DNA of 64,000 nucleotides from Candidatus Dormiibacterota bacterium (lineage in GTDB: Bacteria > Chloroflexota > Dormibacteria > Aeolococcales > Aeolococcaceae): NCBI GenBank assembly GCA_963709585.1, contig CAVPXI010000005.1:64001-128000 (forward strand), read 5' to 3'. A program made the translations under genes and the position numbers. Position 1 is the first letter of the stretch, and every line of letters begins with the position of its first letter. The notes below the pieces were generated by a model. That model was not told where the DNA came from. It saw only the letters and a list, made by a program, of their open reading frames with translations, and made no database searches. Of the stretch, positions 9,657 through 19,825 are shown in pieces.

Positions 9657-10733
9657 ATGCGAGATCTGCTTCCGACGCTCGACGAATGGAGCGAGAGCGA
9701 CCCGCTGGTTGCGATCGCGACCGTCGTGGGCACCTCAGGTTCGACCCCACGGCCGATGGGCGCTCGCCTCCTGGTGAGCCGTGACGGTCGCATGGCCGGC
9801 TCGGTGAGTGGCGGGTGCCTCGAATCCGCCGTGGTGCTCGAGGCTCAGGCGACGATCGCGGGCGATGCCCCACCGCGCCTCCTCCACTACGGGATCAGCG
9901 ACGAGATGGGCTGGTCGGTCGGCCTGTCCTGCGGCGGCGAGGTTGACATCTTCGTCGAGACGCTCGAGGGCGACGGGTCGGATCCGGTGCTCGAGGAGGT
10001 CCGGCGGGCGATCGAGACCTCGCGACCGGTCGCTTTGCTCACCGCCCTCGACGGTGAGCACGCCGGCAACCGAGCCGCGGCCACCGCCGACGGCGGCCTG
10101 GTCGGCAGCCTCGGTGGCTCGTCGACGGTGACCGAGGCGGTTGCCGCGGCGCGACCGCGGATCGCGTCAGGCCTTCCCGGGGTCGAGGAGATCTCGGGCA
10201 CGCGGGTGTTCGTCGATCCGATCGTTCCCTCCCCGCAGCTGGTGGTCATCGGGGCGGTGCACATCGCCGTCGCACTCACCACCATGGCGCGCGCCGCGGG
10301 GTTCACGGTATCGGTGGTCGACCCTCGCACGGCCTTCAACAATCTCGAGCGCATTCCCGACGCCGACCGCCTGGTCACCGCGTGGCCGGACGAGGCGTTG
10401 CCCCACTTCGATCTCGGACCCCGTGACGCGGCTGTGTGCCTCGCCCACGATCCGAAATTCGAGGACCCGGCGCTCACGGCGCTGCTTCGCACCGAGACCG
10501 GGTATATCGGCGCGATCGGCAGCCGCGGAACGCACGCCAAGCGGGTGGCGCGGCTTCGCGAGGCGGGGTTCAGCGACACAGACATCGCGCGCATCCACAG
10601 TCCGGTCGGGCTCAACCTCGGAGCGGCGACGCCCGAGGAGATCGCCATCGCCATCCTCGCCGAGATCGTTGCGGTGCGGCGCGGCCGCAACGCGGGATCG
10701 CTGTCCGCGCTCCCCGCAGCGCCGGTCGGGTGA
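9657..10733 (+). CDS. XdhC/CoxI family Moco chaperone
   Basis: GSTPRPMGA, GSVSGGCLE, GLSCGG, HDPKFE, YIGAIGSR, SPVGLNLGA. Confidence 0.9.
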   Translation: MRDLLPTLDEWSESDPLVAIATVVGTSGSTPRPMGARLLVSRDGRMAGSVSGGCLESAVVLEAQATIAGDAPPRLLHYGISDEMGWSVGLSCGGEVDIFVETLEGDGSDPVLEEVRRAIETSRPVALLTALDGEHAGNRAAATADGGLVGSLGGSSTVTEAVAAARPRIASGLPGVEEISGTRVFVDPIVPSPQLVVIGAVHIAVALTTMARAAGFTVSVVDPRTAFNNLERIPDADRLVTAWPDEALPHFDLGPRDAAVCLAHDPKFEDPALTALLRTETGYIGAIGSRGTHAKRVARLREAGFSDTDIARIHSPVGLNLGAATPEEIAIAILAEIVAVRRGRNAGSLSALPAAPVG

Positions 10734-11785
10734 GACTGGAGGTCCTTCCCGGCTCCGCGGTCGACGGCCCCTCGGCGCGTTGGGCCGGAGCCGTCCTCTG
10801 CCGCGACGTCCTCGACGGCAGCGCCCACCCGGTGCTGAACAAGGGAGCCGTGCTCGCCTCCGGTGACGCGCAGGCCCTGCGCGACGCCCGTCCTGATGAA
10901 CTGCACGTGCTCTGGCTCGACGAGGGCGACGTCGGCGAGGACGCGGCCGCGACACGCATCGCCGCCGCCGTCGCCGGCTCCGGGACCGCGGCCCGGACGC
11001 CGGTCGAGTCCCAGGCGCGGTTGGTCGCGGCGTGGCGCGGGACCGTCGAAGTGGACGTCGAAGCGCTCGCAGCCGTGAATGGCATCGACGGCGTGACCGT
11101 CTTCACGGTGCCCGACGGCCTGCACGTCGACGCCGGCAGAACGCTGGCGGGGGTCAAGATCACGCCGCTCGCAATCGACGAACGGTCGCTCAAGCAGGCG
11201 GAGCGCGCGGCACTCTCGGCGGCCGGTGGTGCCGGCATCGTCCGCGTCCGCCCGTTCCTCCCGCTTCGGGTGGCGGCGATCGTGCGCCAGCAGCTGACCG
11301 ACGACGCCCGCGCTCGGTTCGAACGATCGCTCGGCATGCGTAGCGCATGGTTCGGCGGCACCACCGAACCCGCGAGGTATATCGGCGACGACCCCGAAGA
11401 GGTGCGCCAGGCCCTTGTCGATGCCGCCAGCTCGGCGGATATCGTCCTCGCCGTCGGCGTGGCCTCCGTCGACCCGCTGGACGTCACCTGGCAGAGCCTG
11501 CTCGCCGCCGGGGCGACATCGATCCGGCGTGGCCTGCCGATGCATCCAGGGAGCAGCTACTGGATCGCAGAGCTGCTCGGCCGGACCGTCATCGGGGTGG
11601 CCTCATGCGGAATGTTCTCGCGCCGGAGCGCGCTCGATCTGCTCATCGCCCGGCTCCACGCCGGTCTTCCCCTGGATGCGGAGTACCTGGCGTCGCTCGG
11701 CCACGGCGGCCTGCTCGGCAGGGAGGCCGCGTGGCGGATCCCTCCTTACGAGGTCGCCCTCGCCGACGATCCCGACGAGGACTGA
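10730..11785 (+). CDS. MoeA-related molybdopterin-binding protein
   Basis: GTG overlaps the xdhC stop. Motifs DVGEDAAATRIA, VKITPL, SVDPLD and GLPMHPGS, plus SLGHGGLL tail, resemble cox-associated MoCF-domain proteins. Confidence 0.7.
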   Translation: MRLEVLPGSAVDGPSARWAGAVLCRDVLDGSAHPVLNKGAVLASGDAQALRDARPDELHVLWLDEGDVGEDAAATRIAAAVAGSGTAARTPVESQARLVAAWRGTVEVDVEALAAVNGIDGVTVFTVPDGLHVDAGRTLAGVKITPLAIDERSLKQAERAALSAAGGAGIVRVRPFLPLRVAAIVRQQLTDDARARFERSLGMRSAWFGGTTEPARYIGDDPEEVRQALVDAASSADIVLAVGVASVDPLDVTWQSLLAAGATSIRRGLPMHPGSSYWIAELLGRTVIGVASCGMFSRRSALDLLIARLHAGLPLDAEYLASLGHGGLLGREAAWRIPPYEVALADDPDED

Positions 11786-13035
11786 GCAGCCGCAGAACGG
11801 CCCCGGAAGTCGCAGGCGACCCGGCCGTCCTTGATCACGAGGCGGATGTGGCGCGGTTCTGCGAGGCTGTCGATGTCGGCGAGCGGATCACCGCGGACCG
11901 CGACCACGTCGGCGAGCCTGTCGGCCTCGAGCACGCCGAGGTCGGGGCGTCGGAGCAGTTCCGCCGGCACGCTCGTCGAGGCCACGATCGCCTGCATCGG
12001 GGTCATGCCGCAGCGGACCATCTCGCTGACTTCGCGGAGGTTTCTTCCGTGCGGGCCGACCGCCGCGTCGGTTCCCATCGCGACCTTGACGCCTGCGGCG
12101 ATCGCCGCGGACACCGCTGCGCGGTGGAGCGCTCCGATCCGCTCGGACTTCGCGATCATCTCCGCCGGAAGCCCGCCACCGCCCTCCTTCGCGCCGGCGA
12201 TCACATCCCCGGGCGCGACCAGTGTCGGGACGAGGTACGCGCCTTTCTCCTTCATCAGCGCGATTCCCTCCTCGTCGAGCAGGCATCCGTGCTCGATGCT
12301 GGTGACGCCGGCAAGCAGCGCGTTGCGAATCCCGGCTGCGGACATGGCGTGCGCCATGACCCGCTTGCCGACCACGGCGGCCTCCTCGACCGCGACGCGG
12401 ATCTCCTCGACCGAGAACTGCGCGTGATCGGGCAGATCGCCGGGGCTCAGCACGCCGCCGCTGGTGCACAGCTTGATCCAGTCCGCACCCGCCTGGAGGA
12501 CCTCTCGGACCTTGCGTCGCATCCCGTCGACGCCGTCGACCACGCCATGGGGCACATCGACCTGCGCCGTGAGCCCGACTCGTGCGCCGCACGGCATGAG
12601 GTCGTCACCGTGGCCGCCGGTCTGGCTGAGCAGGCTGACCGCAAGTTCCATGCGGGGCGCCGGGAAATAACCGGCCTCTGCGGCAAGGCGGACGCCGACC
12701 GGGGTGTGGCCCGCGTCGCGCACGGTGGTCACGCCGGCGGCGAGGGTCCGAGCGCAGTTGGGGACCGAGTTGAGGAGGCCCAGCGACGGTGGCGTCATGA
12801 GAATGCGCACGAGATTGGTGCCCGCGGCAGCGAGGTGGACGTGCATGTCCATGAACCCGGGAAGCAGCGTGAGATCGTCGTCCTCGAGCACCTCCGCGTC
12901 GGCTGGGATGGTCAGCGACGAGCGGGCCCCTGCCGCGGTGATCCGCCGGTTCTCCATGACGACCGCGGCGCGCTCCACGGGGTCGCGCCCGCTGCCGTCG
13001 ATGAGTTGCTCGGCGACGATGACGAGTGCTGGCAA
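11746..13035 (-). CDS. Metal-dependent amidohydrolase (Xaa-Pro dipeptidase-like)
   Basis: PGFMDMHVH, GVTTVRDAG, IKLCTSGG, SIEHG, MGTDA. Confidence 0.88.
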   Translation of the reverse strand: MPALVIVAEQLIDGSGRDPVERAAVVMENRRITAAGARSSLTIPADAEVLEDDDLTLLPGFMDMHVHLAAAGTNLVRILMTPPSLGLLNSVPNCARTLAAGVTTVRDAGHTPVGVRLAAEAGYFPAPRMELAVSLLSQTGGHGDDLMPCGARVGLTAQVDVPHGVVDGVDGMRRKVREVLQAGADWIKLCTSGGVLSPGDLPDHAQFSVEEIRVAVEEAAVVGKRVMAHAMSAAGIRNALLAGVTSIEHGCLLDEEGIALMKEKGAYLVPTLVAPGDVIAGAKEGGGGLPAEMIAKSERIGALHRAAVSAAIAAGVKVAMGTDAAVGPHGRNLREVSEMVRCGMTPMQAIVASTSVPAELLRRPDLGVLEADRLADVVAVRGDPLADIDSLAEPRHIRLVIKDGRVACDFRGRSAAAQSSSGSSARATS

Positions 13036-13085
13036 CTCACCTACCTCCGGGATCGCGAACTGGACCGACCGAGGCTAGCAGAGCG

Positions 13086-13688
13086 TCAGCCGGGGTCAGC
13101 GGCGAGCCGCTCGTAGTCGTCGCGGGTGTCGATGTCGATCGGATGGCCGCCGGGGCGATCGGCCGCGAGCGCCGCCACGAGCTCCGGGTGCGCCCGCACC
13201 AGCGCCCGGCAGCCGACGTCTCCCTCGAGCGCGTCGATGTCGCCCCAGAGCTCGCGAGCGAGCACCACCGGCGGATGCAGCAACCCGTCGAAGCTGAGCG
13301 CCGCCGAGGGCAGCCCGGAGGCCGCCTGAGTCTCGAGGAGGCGGTCGACGAGCTCAGCGCTGACGTCCGGTTGATCGCCGAGGATGACGACAGCCCGCGA
13401 TACGTCGGCGCTCAGGCCAGCGATTCCGACCCGCAGCGAGGTGCTCATCCCCTCGGCATGCCGGGGATTGAGGATCACCCGCGCACGCCCGAACCGCACC
13501 GACTGCCGGATCTCATCGGCGTGCGCTCCGAGGACGACCACGACCTCGTCGAGCCGGGAGTCGCATGCCGCGGCAAGGGCCGCTTCGAGGAGCGGCCTGC
13601 CGTGCAGGCGCAGCAACTGCTTCGGCTCCCCCATCCGTCGCGAAGCCCCGGCGGCGAGGACCACCCCCGCCGACTTCGAGGCGGTCAC
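13086..13688 (-). CDS. mocA: Molybdenum cofactor cytidylyltransferase (MocA-like)
   Basis: LAAGASRRMGEPKQLL, GMSTSL, LGDQP, GDVG, DIDT; lies in the cox operon. Confidence 0.82.
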   Translation of the reverse strand: MTASKSAGVVLAAGASRRMGEPKQLLRLHGRPLLEAALAAACDSRLDEVVVVLGAHADEIRQSVRFGRARVILNPRHAEGMSTSLRVGIAGLSADVSRAVVILGDQPDVSAELVDRLLETQAASGLPSAALSFDGLLHPPVVLARELWGDIDALEGDVGCRALVRAHPELVAALAADRPGGHPIDIDTRDDYERLAADPG

Positions 13689-14663
13689 TCAGCCGGCAGT
13701 CGCGCGCAGGAACCGTGCCGGGTCTGCGACGAACTGCTCCCGGCATGCCGAGCAGCAGAAGAAGTACGTCTGCTCCTCGTGGGTCGCCTGGTGCGCGGCA
13801 TCCGCGGTGTCGACGGTCATGGCGCACACCGGGTCGACTGCGAACCCGGCGAGCGCGGCAGGCGCGGGAACAGGGTTCGCGGTCATGCGCTCGTGTCGGA
13901 GCGCGACGACTTCGGCGAGCGCGTGGAGCGCGATCTCCTCCTGCGCCCCGGCACGCCGTTCGCCGGCCGGGGCGCGCACCCTGGCCAGCTGCGCATCGGA
14001 CACGCCGCGCCCGCGGAGCGTGCCCACCACGGCGGCGGAGCGGCGAACGCTCGCCACCAGCGCGATGTCCGCGGCCGTCAGGCTCAATGCGGCCTCCAGG
14101 GCGTCATCGTCGTAGTGGCCCATGGTCGCGACCACCACCCAGCAGTCCTTCTCGTGAGCGAGCGAGCTGAGGTCGAGGCTGTCGACCACCCGGTCCGCCC
14201 CCGGAAAGTCCGCGGCGTGCGCCCCGGGATGGATGGCGCAGGTGCGGAAGCCGAGCACACGACCGAGCTCGATCAGCGTCCGGGCGGCCGGACTCCCGCC
14301 GATAACGGCGAGGAGCGGCCTCGGCAGGTGCGGGTCGATGAAGATGTCGAGCGTCCCGCCGCTCGGGCAGGTCGTCGCCACGGTCAGCTCACCACCCTCC
14401 CGTGTCTCGAGCGCCTCGACGTCCGGCCGGATGCGAACCATTCGCGGCAATCCGTCGCTCATCGAGACGAGCGCCTCGCGGCGCACCAGCGCGTCGGAGC
14501 AGCTGCCGCCGATCCACCCGTGCAGCTCGCCGTCGTCGGTGATCACCGCCTTGTCGCCGGGATGTGCCGACGTCGGCGACTTGGTGCGCACCACGGTTGC
14601 GAGCGCGCACGGACGCCCCGACGCGGCGTTCTCGGCGAGCAGGGTCAGGAGGCCGCCGTCTAT
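13689..14663 (-). CDS. coxF: XdhC/CoxF family protein with C-terminal YHS/TRASH domain (start uncertain)
   Basis: GWIGGSC, TCPSGG, VATMGHYD; C-terminal VDPVCAM...YFFCCSAC. Confidence 0.82.
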   Translation of the reverse strand: MDGGLLTLLAENAASGRPCALATVVRTKSPTSAHPGDKAVITDDGELHGWIGGSCSDALVRREALVSMSDGLPRMVRIRPDVEALETREGGELTVATTCPSGGTLDIFIDPHLPRPLLAVIGGSPAARTLIELGRVLGFRTCAIHPGAHAADFPGADRVVDSLDLSSLAHEKDCWVVVATMGHYDDDALEAALSLTAADIALVASVRRSAAVVGTLRGRGVSDAQLARVRAPAGERRAGAQEEIALHALAEVVALRHERMTANPVPAPAALAGFAVDPVCAMTVDTADAAHQATHEEQTYFFCCSACREQFVADPARFLRATAG

Positions 14664-17038
14664 TCGGTCACCCCCTTGCTGCGCAGCGCGGCCCACACCT
14701 TGTCGGAGGTGACCGGCATGTCGATGTTGGTGATACCGAGGTGCGACAGCGCGTCGATGACCGCGTTCACGTACGCGGCCGGCGACCCGACGGTTGCCGA
14801 TTCGCCGACGCCCTTGGCGCCGATCGGATGGTGCGGCGACGGTGTGACCGTCTCGCCCAGCTCGAAGCGGGGCGTCTCCCACGCGGTGGGGATCAGGTAG
14901 TCCATGAAGTTGGAGCCGATGCAGTTGCCCTCGTCGTCGAAGGTGATCAGCTCCATGAAGGCGATGCCGTAGCCCTCGGTGAGGCCACCGTGGATCTGTC
15001 CCTCGACGATCATCGGGTTGATGCGTACCCCGCAGTCGTCAACGGCAACCATGCGGCGCACCTTGACCTGACCGGTGCCCTTGTCGATGTCGACCACGAC
15101 CAGGTAGGTTCCGAACGGGAAGGTCATGTTCGGCGGGTCGTAGTAGGTCACCCCCTCGAGTCCCGCTTCGAGGCCCTCCGGGAGGTTGGTGTACGCGGCG
15201 AAGGCGATGTCCTGGATGGTCTTGATGTTGTCCGGTGAGCCCTTGACGTGGTACTTGCCGTGATCGAACTCGATGTCGGCCACGTCCGCCTCGAAGAGAT
15301 GCGCGGCGATCAGCTTGCCTTTGTCGCGCAGCTTGCGCGAGACCATCGCCGTGGCGGCGCCGCCCACCGGCGTGGACCGCGACGCGTATGTGCCCAAGCC
15401 GAACGGCGTGTTGTCGGTGTCGCCCTCGCGGACCTCGACGTCGGACGCAGGGATGCCGAGCTCTTCCGCAACGATCTGCGCGAAGGTCGTCTCGTGCCCC
15501 TGGCCCTGCGACTTCACCCCGAGCTTGAGGATCGCCTTGCCGGTGGGATGGACGCGCAGCTCGGCCGAGTCGAACATGCGCAACCCCGCGATGTCGTAGT
15601 CCTTGCCCTTGCCCGCACCGACAACCTCCGTGAAGCTGGCGACGCCGATGCCCATCAGCTCGCCCCGGGCGCGCTTCTCGGCCTGCTCCTTGCGAAGCTC
15701 GTCATAGCCGAGCATGTCGAGCGCGACCTGCATCGCCTTGGGGTAGTTGCCACTGTCGTACTCGAAGCCCGACGCCGACTGATACGGAAACGCCTCGGGC
15801 TGGATGAAATTGTTGAGGCGAGTGGTCACCGGGTCCTGACCCAGCTCGACGGCGGCGCTCTCGACCAGTCGCTCGATGAAGTACGACGCCTCGGTGACTC
15901 TGAAGGAGCATCGGTACGCGACCCCTCCGGGCGCCTTGTTCGTGTACGCGCCGTCCGCCACGATGTGCGCGGCCGGAATGTCGTAGGAGCCGGTCACGAT
16001 GTGAAAGAGGCCCGCCCGGAACTTGCTCGGCTGCGCGTCCGCGAAGAAGGCCCCGTTGTCGCTGAGCAGATGCACGCGGAGTCCGATGAACTTCCCGTTC
16101 TCATCGATGGCGATCGAGCCGTCCATGTGATAGTCGCGCGCAAACCCGGTTGAGATGAGGTTCTCTGTCCGGTCCTCCACCCACTTCACCGGACGTCCGA
16201 TCAGCAACGACGCCGCGGTCGCGACAACGTATCCCGGATAGATCGGCACCTTGTTGCCGAAGCCACCACCGAGGTCCGGGGAGATGATCCGGATCTTCTC
16301 CTCGGGCAGCCCGGCGACGATCGCGAAGAGGGTTCGATGCGCGTGCGGTGCCTGACTGGTCATGTAGATGGTCGCATTGCCGGTCACGGGGTCAAGGTCG
16401 GCGACGCACCCGCACGTCTCCAGCGGCGACGGGTGGCAGCGCGGGTAGAAGGTGGAGAGGCTCACGACCTTGGCGGCCCGCGCGAACGCCGCGTCGGTCG
16501 CGTCCTTGTCGCCGGCTTCCCAGTGATAGATCTTGTTGTCGGTTTGACCGTCCTTCTCATCGCGGATCACCGGAGCGCCCGGCGCGATTGCCTGCTGCGG
16601 CGTGGTCACCGCCTGGAGCGGCTCGTAGTCGACGCTGACCAGCGCCGCCGCGTCCTCGGCGATGTACTTGGTCTCGGCGATGACGCAGGCAACCTCCTGA
16701 CCCTGGAAGCGGACCTTGTCGGTGGCGAGCACGGCCTGGGTATCGCCCGACAGCGTGGGCATCCAGGCGAGCTTGTGCTGCGCAAGCAGCTCGCCGGTGA
16801 CCACCGCGATCACGCCGGGTATCGCCATGGCCGCGCTGGTGTCGATGCCGCGAATGCGCGCATGCGCATAGGGGCTTCGCACCACGACCATGTGGAGCAT
16901 CCCCGGCAGGACGACGTCGTCGACGTAGTGACCCTGACCGTGGATGAACCGCGCGTCCTCTTTGCGGGCGAGCGAGACGCCGATGCCTCCCATCGCCTGA
17001 CGCGCGGCTTCGATTGCTTCCTTGCTGTCGACTGCCAT
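14660..17038 (-). CDS. coxL: Aerobic CO dehydrogenase large subunit, form I
   Basis: RKEDARF, GGGFGNK, form I active-site loop VAYRCSFR, GAKGVGE. Confidence 0.97.
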   Translation of the reverse strand: MAVDSKEAIEAARQAMGGIGVSLARKEDARFIHGQGHYVDDVVLPGMLHMVVVRSPYAHARIRGIDTSAAMAIPGVIAVVTGELLAQHKLAWMPTLSGDTQAVLATDKVRFQGQEVACVIAETKYIAEDAAALVSVDYEPLQAVTTPQQAIAPGAPVIRDEKDGQTDNKIYHWEAGDKDATDAAFARAAKVVSLSTFYPRCHPSPLETCGCVADLDPVTGNATIYMTSQAPHAHRTLFAIVAGLPEEKIRIISPDLGGGFGNKVPIYPGYVVATAASLLIGRPVKWVEDRTENLISTGFARDYHMDGSIAIDENGKFIGLRVHLLSDNGAFFADAQPSKFRAGLFHIVTGSYDIPAAHIVADGAYTNKAPGGVAYRCSFRVTEASYFIERLVESAAVELGQDPVTTRLNNFIQPEAFPYQSASGFEYDSGNYPKAMQVALDMLGYDELRKEQAEKRARGELMGIGVASFTEVVGAGKGKDYDIAGLRMFDSAELRVHPTGKAILKLGVKSQGQGHETTFAQIVAEELGIPASDVEVREGDTDNTPFGLGTYASRSTPVGGAATAMVSRKLRDKGKLIAAHLFEADVADIEFDHGKYHVKGSPDNIKTIQDIAFAAYTNLPEGLEAGLEGVTYYDPPNMTFPFGTYLVVVDIDKGTGQVKVRRMVAVDDCGVRINPMIVEGQIHGGLTEGYGIAFMELITFDDEGNCIGSNFMDYLIPTAWETPRFELGETVTPSPHHPIGAKGVGESATVGSPAAYVNAVIDALSHLGITNIDMPVTSDKVWAALRSKGVTE

Positions 17039-17523
17039 CACGCTACTCCTGCGGTGTTCTCGGCAGCTTTCGCAGCCGCGGCATGCTGGATCGCCTTGAC
17101 GATATTCATGTAGCCGGTGCAACGACAGATGTTGCCGCTGATCCCCCAGCGGATCTCATCCTCGGTCGGATGAGGATTGCTCTCGATGAGCGCCGCACCG
17201 ACGAGCATCATCCCGGGCGTGCAGAAGCCGCATTGCAGGCCGTGCTCCGCGTGGAATCCCTCCTGGATCGCGTGCAGCTTGCCGCCCTGTGCAAGACCCT
17301 CGACCGTGGTGATGCTCCTGCCCTCGACTTGCGCGGCGAGCACCGTGCAGGATTTCACCGGGCGCCCGTCGAGCAGCACCGTGCAGGCACCGCAGTTGCT
17401 GGTGTCGCAGCCGATGTGCGTCCCGGTCATGCCCAGCCTGGTGCGAATGAAATCAACCAGCAGCGTTCGTGGCTCCGCCTCGGCGCTGCGCTCGGCCCCG
17501 TTCATGGTGACCGTGATCTTCAT
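17038..17523 (-). CDS. coxS: CO dehydrogenase small (2Fe-2S) subunit
   Basis: [28 protein letters not shown]. Confidence 0.96.
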   Translation of the reverse strand: MKITVTMNGAERSAEAEPRTLLVDFIRTRLGMTGTHIGCDTSNCGACTVLLDGRPVKSCTVLAAQVEGRSITTVEGLAQGGKLHAIQEGFHAEHGLQCGFCTPGMMLVGAALIESNPHPTEDEIRWGISGNICRCTGYMNIVKAIQHAAAAKAAENTAGVA

Positions 17524-18398
17524 GCCGCTGCTCCCTGCGCACGATTGATCGCGGTGTGCAGGCCGCGCTGCACGAAGACCCGTGCAACATCGCGCTTGTA
17601 CTCCGCACTGCCCCGGATATCTGCTTTTGGTTCGGCAGCCTCACCGGCAAGGCGGGAGGCTTCCGCGATCACCTCGTCAGACGGCGCCTGACCCACAAGC
17701 GCTGCCTCCGCCGCAGTCGCCTTGATGCTGTGCGCACCGACGGCGCACAGCCCGATACCGGCGGTCGCGATTCGACCCTCGGCGTCGAGCACGACGTGGA
17801 CGGCGGTGGCGACGCTGGCGAAATCGCCGACCTTGCGCTCGAGCTTCAGGTATGTCCCTCCCGACCGTCCCGCGACGACCGGGATCCGGATCTCGGTCAT
17901 CACCTCGTCGGCGTGCAGGCCGGTCGTGAACGGCCCCTCGAAGAAGCCGGCAGCCGGGAGAACGCGCTCACCGCTTGCCGCCCTGACCACGAATTCGGCG
18001 CCGACCGCGAGCATCACCGCGCCCCAGTCGCCGGCGGGATCGGCGTGGCAGATCGAGCCGCCGACTGTCCCCATGTTGCGGATGAGCGGATCGGAGATGA
18101 GCGGCGCCGCGTCCAGGAGCACGTCGAGCGTGCCGCGCAGGTCGGTGGCGCTCTCGACATCGCGATGACGGGTGCGCGCTCCGATACGCACGTGCCCGTT
18201 TTCCCGGCCAATTCCCTCGAGTTCATCGACTCTTCCGATATCGATGACGATGACTGGAGCCGCAAATCGCAGTTTCAATAATGGGATCAGGCTCTGCCCT
18301 CCGGCAAGCACCTTCGCGTCATCGCCGTGCTGGCTCAACAGGCTGAGCACTTCGTCCAGCGCCCCCGGCGCAATGTAGTCGAACGCGGCAGGGAACAT
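17520..18398 (-). CDS. coxM: CO dehydrogenase medium (FAD) subunit
   Basis: [33 protein letters not shown]; SD GGAGG upstream of ATG 18398. Confidence 0.95.
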   Translation of the reverse strand: MFPAAFDYIAPGALDEVLSLLSQHGDDAKVLAGGQSLIPLLKLRFAAPVIVIDIGRVDELEGIGRENGHVRIGARTRHRDVESATDLRGTLDVLLDAAPLISDPLIRNMGTVGGSICHADPAGDWGAVMLAVGAEFVVRAASGERVLPAAGFFEGPFTTGLHADEVMTEIRIPVVAGRSGGTYLKLERKVGDFASVATAVHVVLDAEGRIATAGIGLCAVGAHSIKATAAEAALVGQAPSDEVIAEASRLAGEAAEPKADIRGSAEYKRDVARVFVQRGLHTAINRAQGAAA

Positions 18399-18438
18399 CC
18401 AGAACCTCCGGGATTTGAACCCAATTACTCTCTCGATG

Positions 18439-18454
18439 TGTCCGCCAACGGACA
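18439..18454. promoter_or_regulatory. Palindromic operator candidate TGTCC-N6-GGACA in the divergent coxM/moeA gap
   Basis: Perfect inverted repeat TGTCCG-CCAA-CGGACA with CRP/FNR-type spacing. Confidence 0.5.
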
Positions 18455-18592
18455 GGGCACAGCGTACGCCTCGAAGGCAAGCCATCGAAATAGCCATGTG
18501 CTGCACCGCCGACAGCGGGAATACCCGCCCCGCAGCCGCGACTATGATGGTTGCCGGACTCCCGACGAGGGTGGAGGATGAGAACCCAAACG

Positions 18593-19825
18593 ATGTTGAC
18601 GCACGCCGTTTCCACCGACCTCGAATCAGTCGCCAGTGCGCAGCGGCGTCTGCTCGACCAGGTCGGCGTGCTTGCACCCGAGACAGTCAGCCTCGATAAG
18701 GCGCTGGGACGTGTCCTCGCCGAGCCGATCTCGTCGCGGTCCGAGCTCCCCGGGTTCGACAACTCGGCGATGGACGGATACGCGGTGCGCTCGCGCGACA
18801 TCGCGCAGGCGACGCCACGCGCGCCCGTCCGCCTTCCCGTCGCCGGGGAATCGCGGGCGGGGTCGGTGCCCGATGCGCACGTCGCGGGGACCGCGATGCG
18901 GATCATGACCGGCGCGCCGATGCCGGATGGTGCGGACACCGTGGTCCGCCAGGAGGACGCGTCACGAGACGGGGCGCTGGTGCTCATCGAGGTCGCGACC
19001 CCGCTCGGCACCAGCGTTCGCCCGCACGGCGCGGACATGCGCGCCGGAGACACGGTGATCCTGCCCGGGCAGCCACTGACCAGCATCGACATCGGGGTCG
19101 CCGCCGCACTGGGTCACGACCGTCTGCGTGTCGGGACGAGACCACGGGTCGCGCTGCTCGCGACCGGGGATGAGCTGGTCCCGGCGGGCACGCCCCCCGG
19201 GCCGGCACAGCTCGTCGACTCCAACTCCCCGATGCTCACCGCGGCCGTCCTCGAAGCCGGTGGTATTCCATCGTTCCTCGGCATCGCGCGCGACTCGAAG
19301 GACTCGGTGCGCGCGATGCTCGAAATCGCGTCGGCATCGGACCTCGTGGTGAGCAGCGCGGGCGTCAGCGTCGGGGACCATGACTGGGTCCGCGAAGTCG
19401 TCTCGGAGCTGGGAACCATCTCGACCTGGCGGGTCGCGATGCGACCGGGCAAACCGGTGCTGATCGGAACGCTCCGTGACGCCGTGTTCATCGGCCTTCC
19501 CGGGAACCCGGTCAGCAGCTCGGTGACGTTCGAGCTGTTCGCGCGTCCGGTCATCCGCCGGATGCAGGGTGCGAACGAGCTGCACCGGCGGCGCATGCTC
19601 GTCCGGGTTGGCGAGGAGATGAGCAAGCCCGCCGGACTGGAGACATACACACGCGCGGTGCTGCGCGTGACGTCAGACGAGGATCTGCCCCACGCGCACA
19701 GTTCGGGCGACCAGGGGTCGTCGATGCTCCGGTCGCTCACGCGCGCGGACTGCCTGCTCGTGCTGCCGGCGGAACTCGAGATCGTCAAAACCGGCACCGT
19801 CGTCGAGGCGATCCCCTTGCGATGA
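18593..19825 (+). CDS. moeA: Molybdopterin molybdotransferase
   Basis: FDNSAMDGYA, RIMTGAP, TGDEL, AGVSVGDHD, MRPGKP, GLPGNPVS. Alternative start at 18578. Confidence 0.94.
   Translation: MLTHAVSTDLESVASAQRRLLDQVGVLAPETVSLDKALGRVLAEPISSRSELPGFDNSAMDGYAVRSRDIAQATPRAPVRLPVAGESRAGSVPDAHVAGTAMRIMTGAPMPDGADTVVRQEDASRDGALVLIEVATPLGTSVRPHGADMRAGDTVILPGQPLTSIDIGVAAALGHDRLRVGTRPRVALLATGDELVPAGTPPGPAQLVDSNSPMLTAAVLEAGGIPSFLGIARDSKDSVRAMLEIASASDLVVSSAGVSVGDHDWVREVVSELGTISTWRVAMRPGKPVLIGTLRDAVFIGLPGNPVSSSVTFELFARPVIRRMQGANELHRRRMLVRVGEEMSKPAGLETYTRAVLRVTSDEDLPHAHSSGDQGSSMLRSLTRADCLLVLPAELEIVKTGTVVEAIPLR

Noticed and set aside
14660-17038. Form II (putative) CoxL or xanthine dehydrogenase
   Set aside because: The active-site loop is AYRCSFR rather than AYRGAGR, and the gene order is M-S-L.
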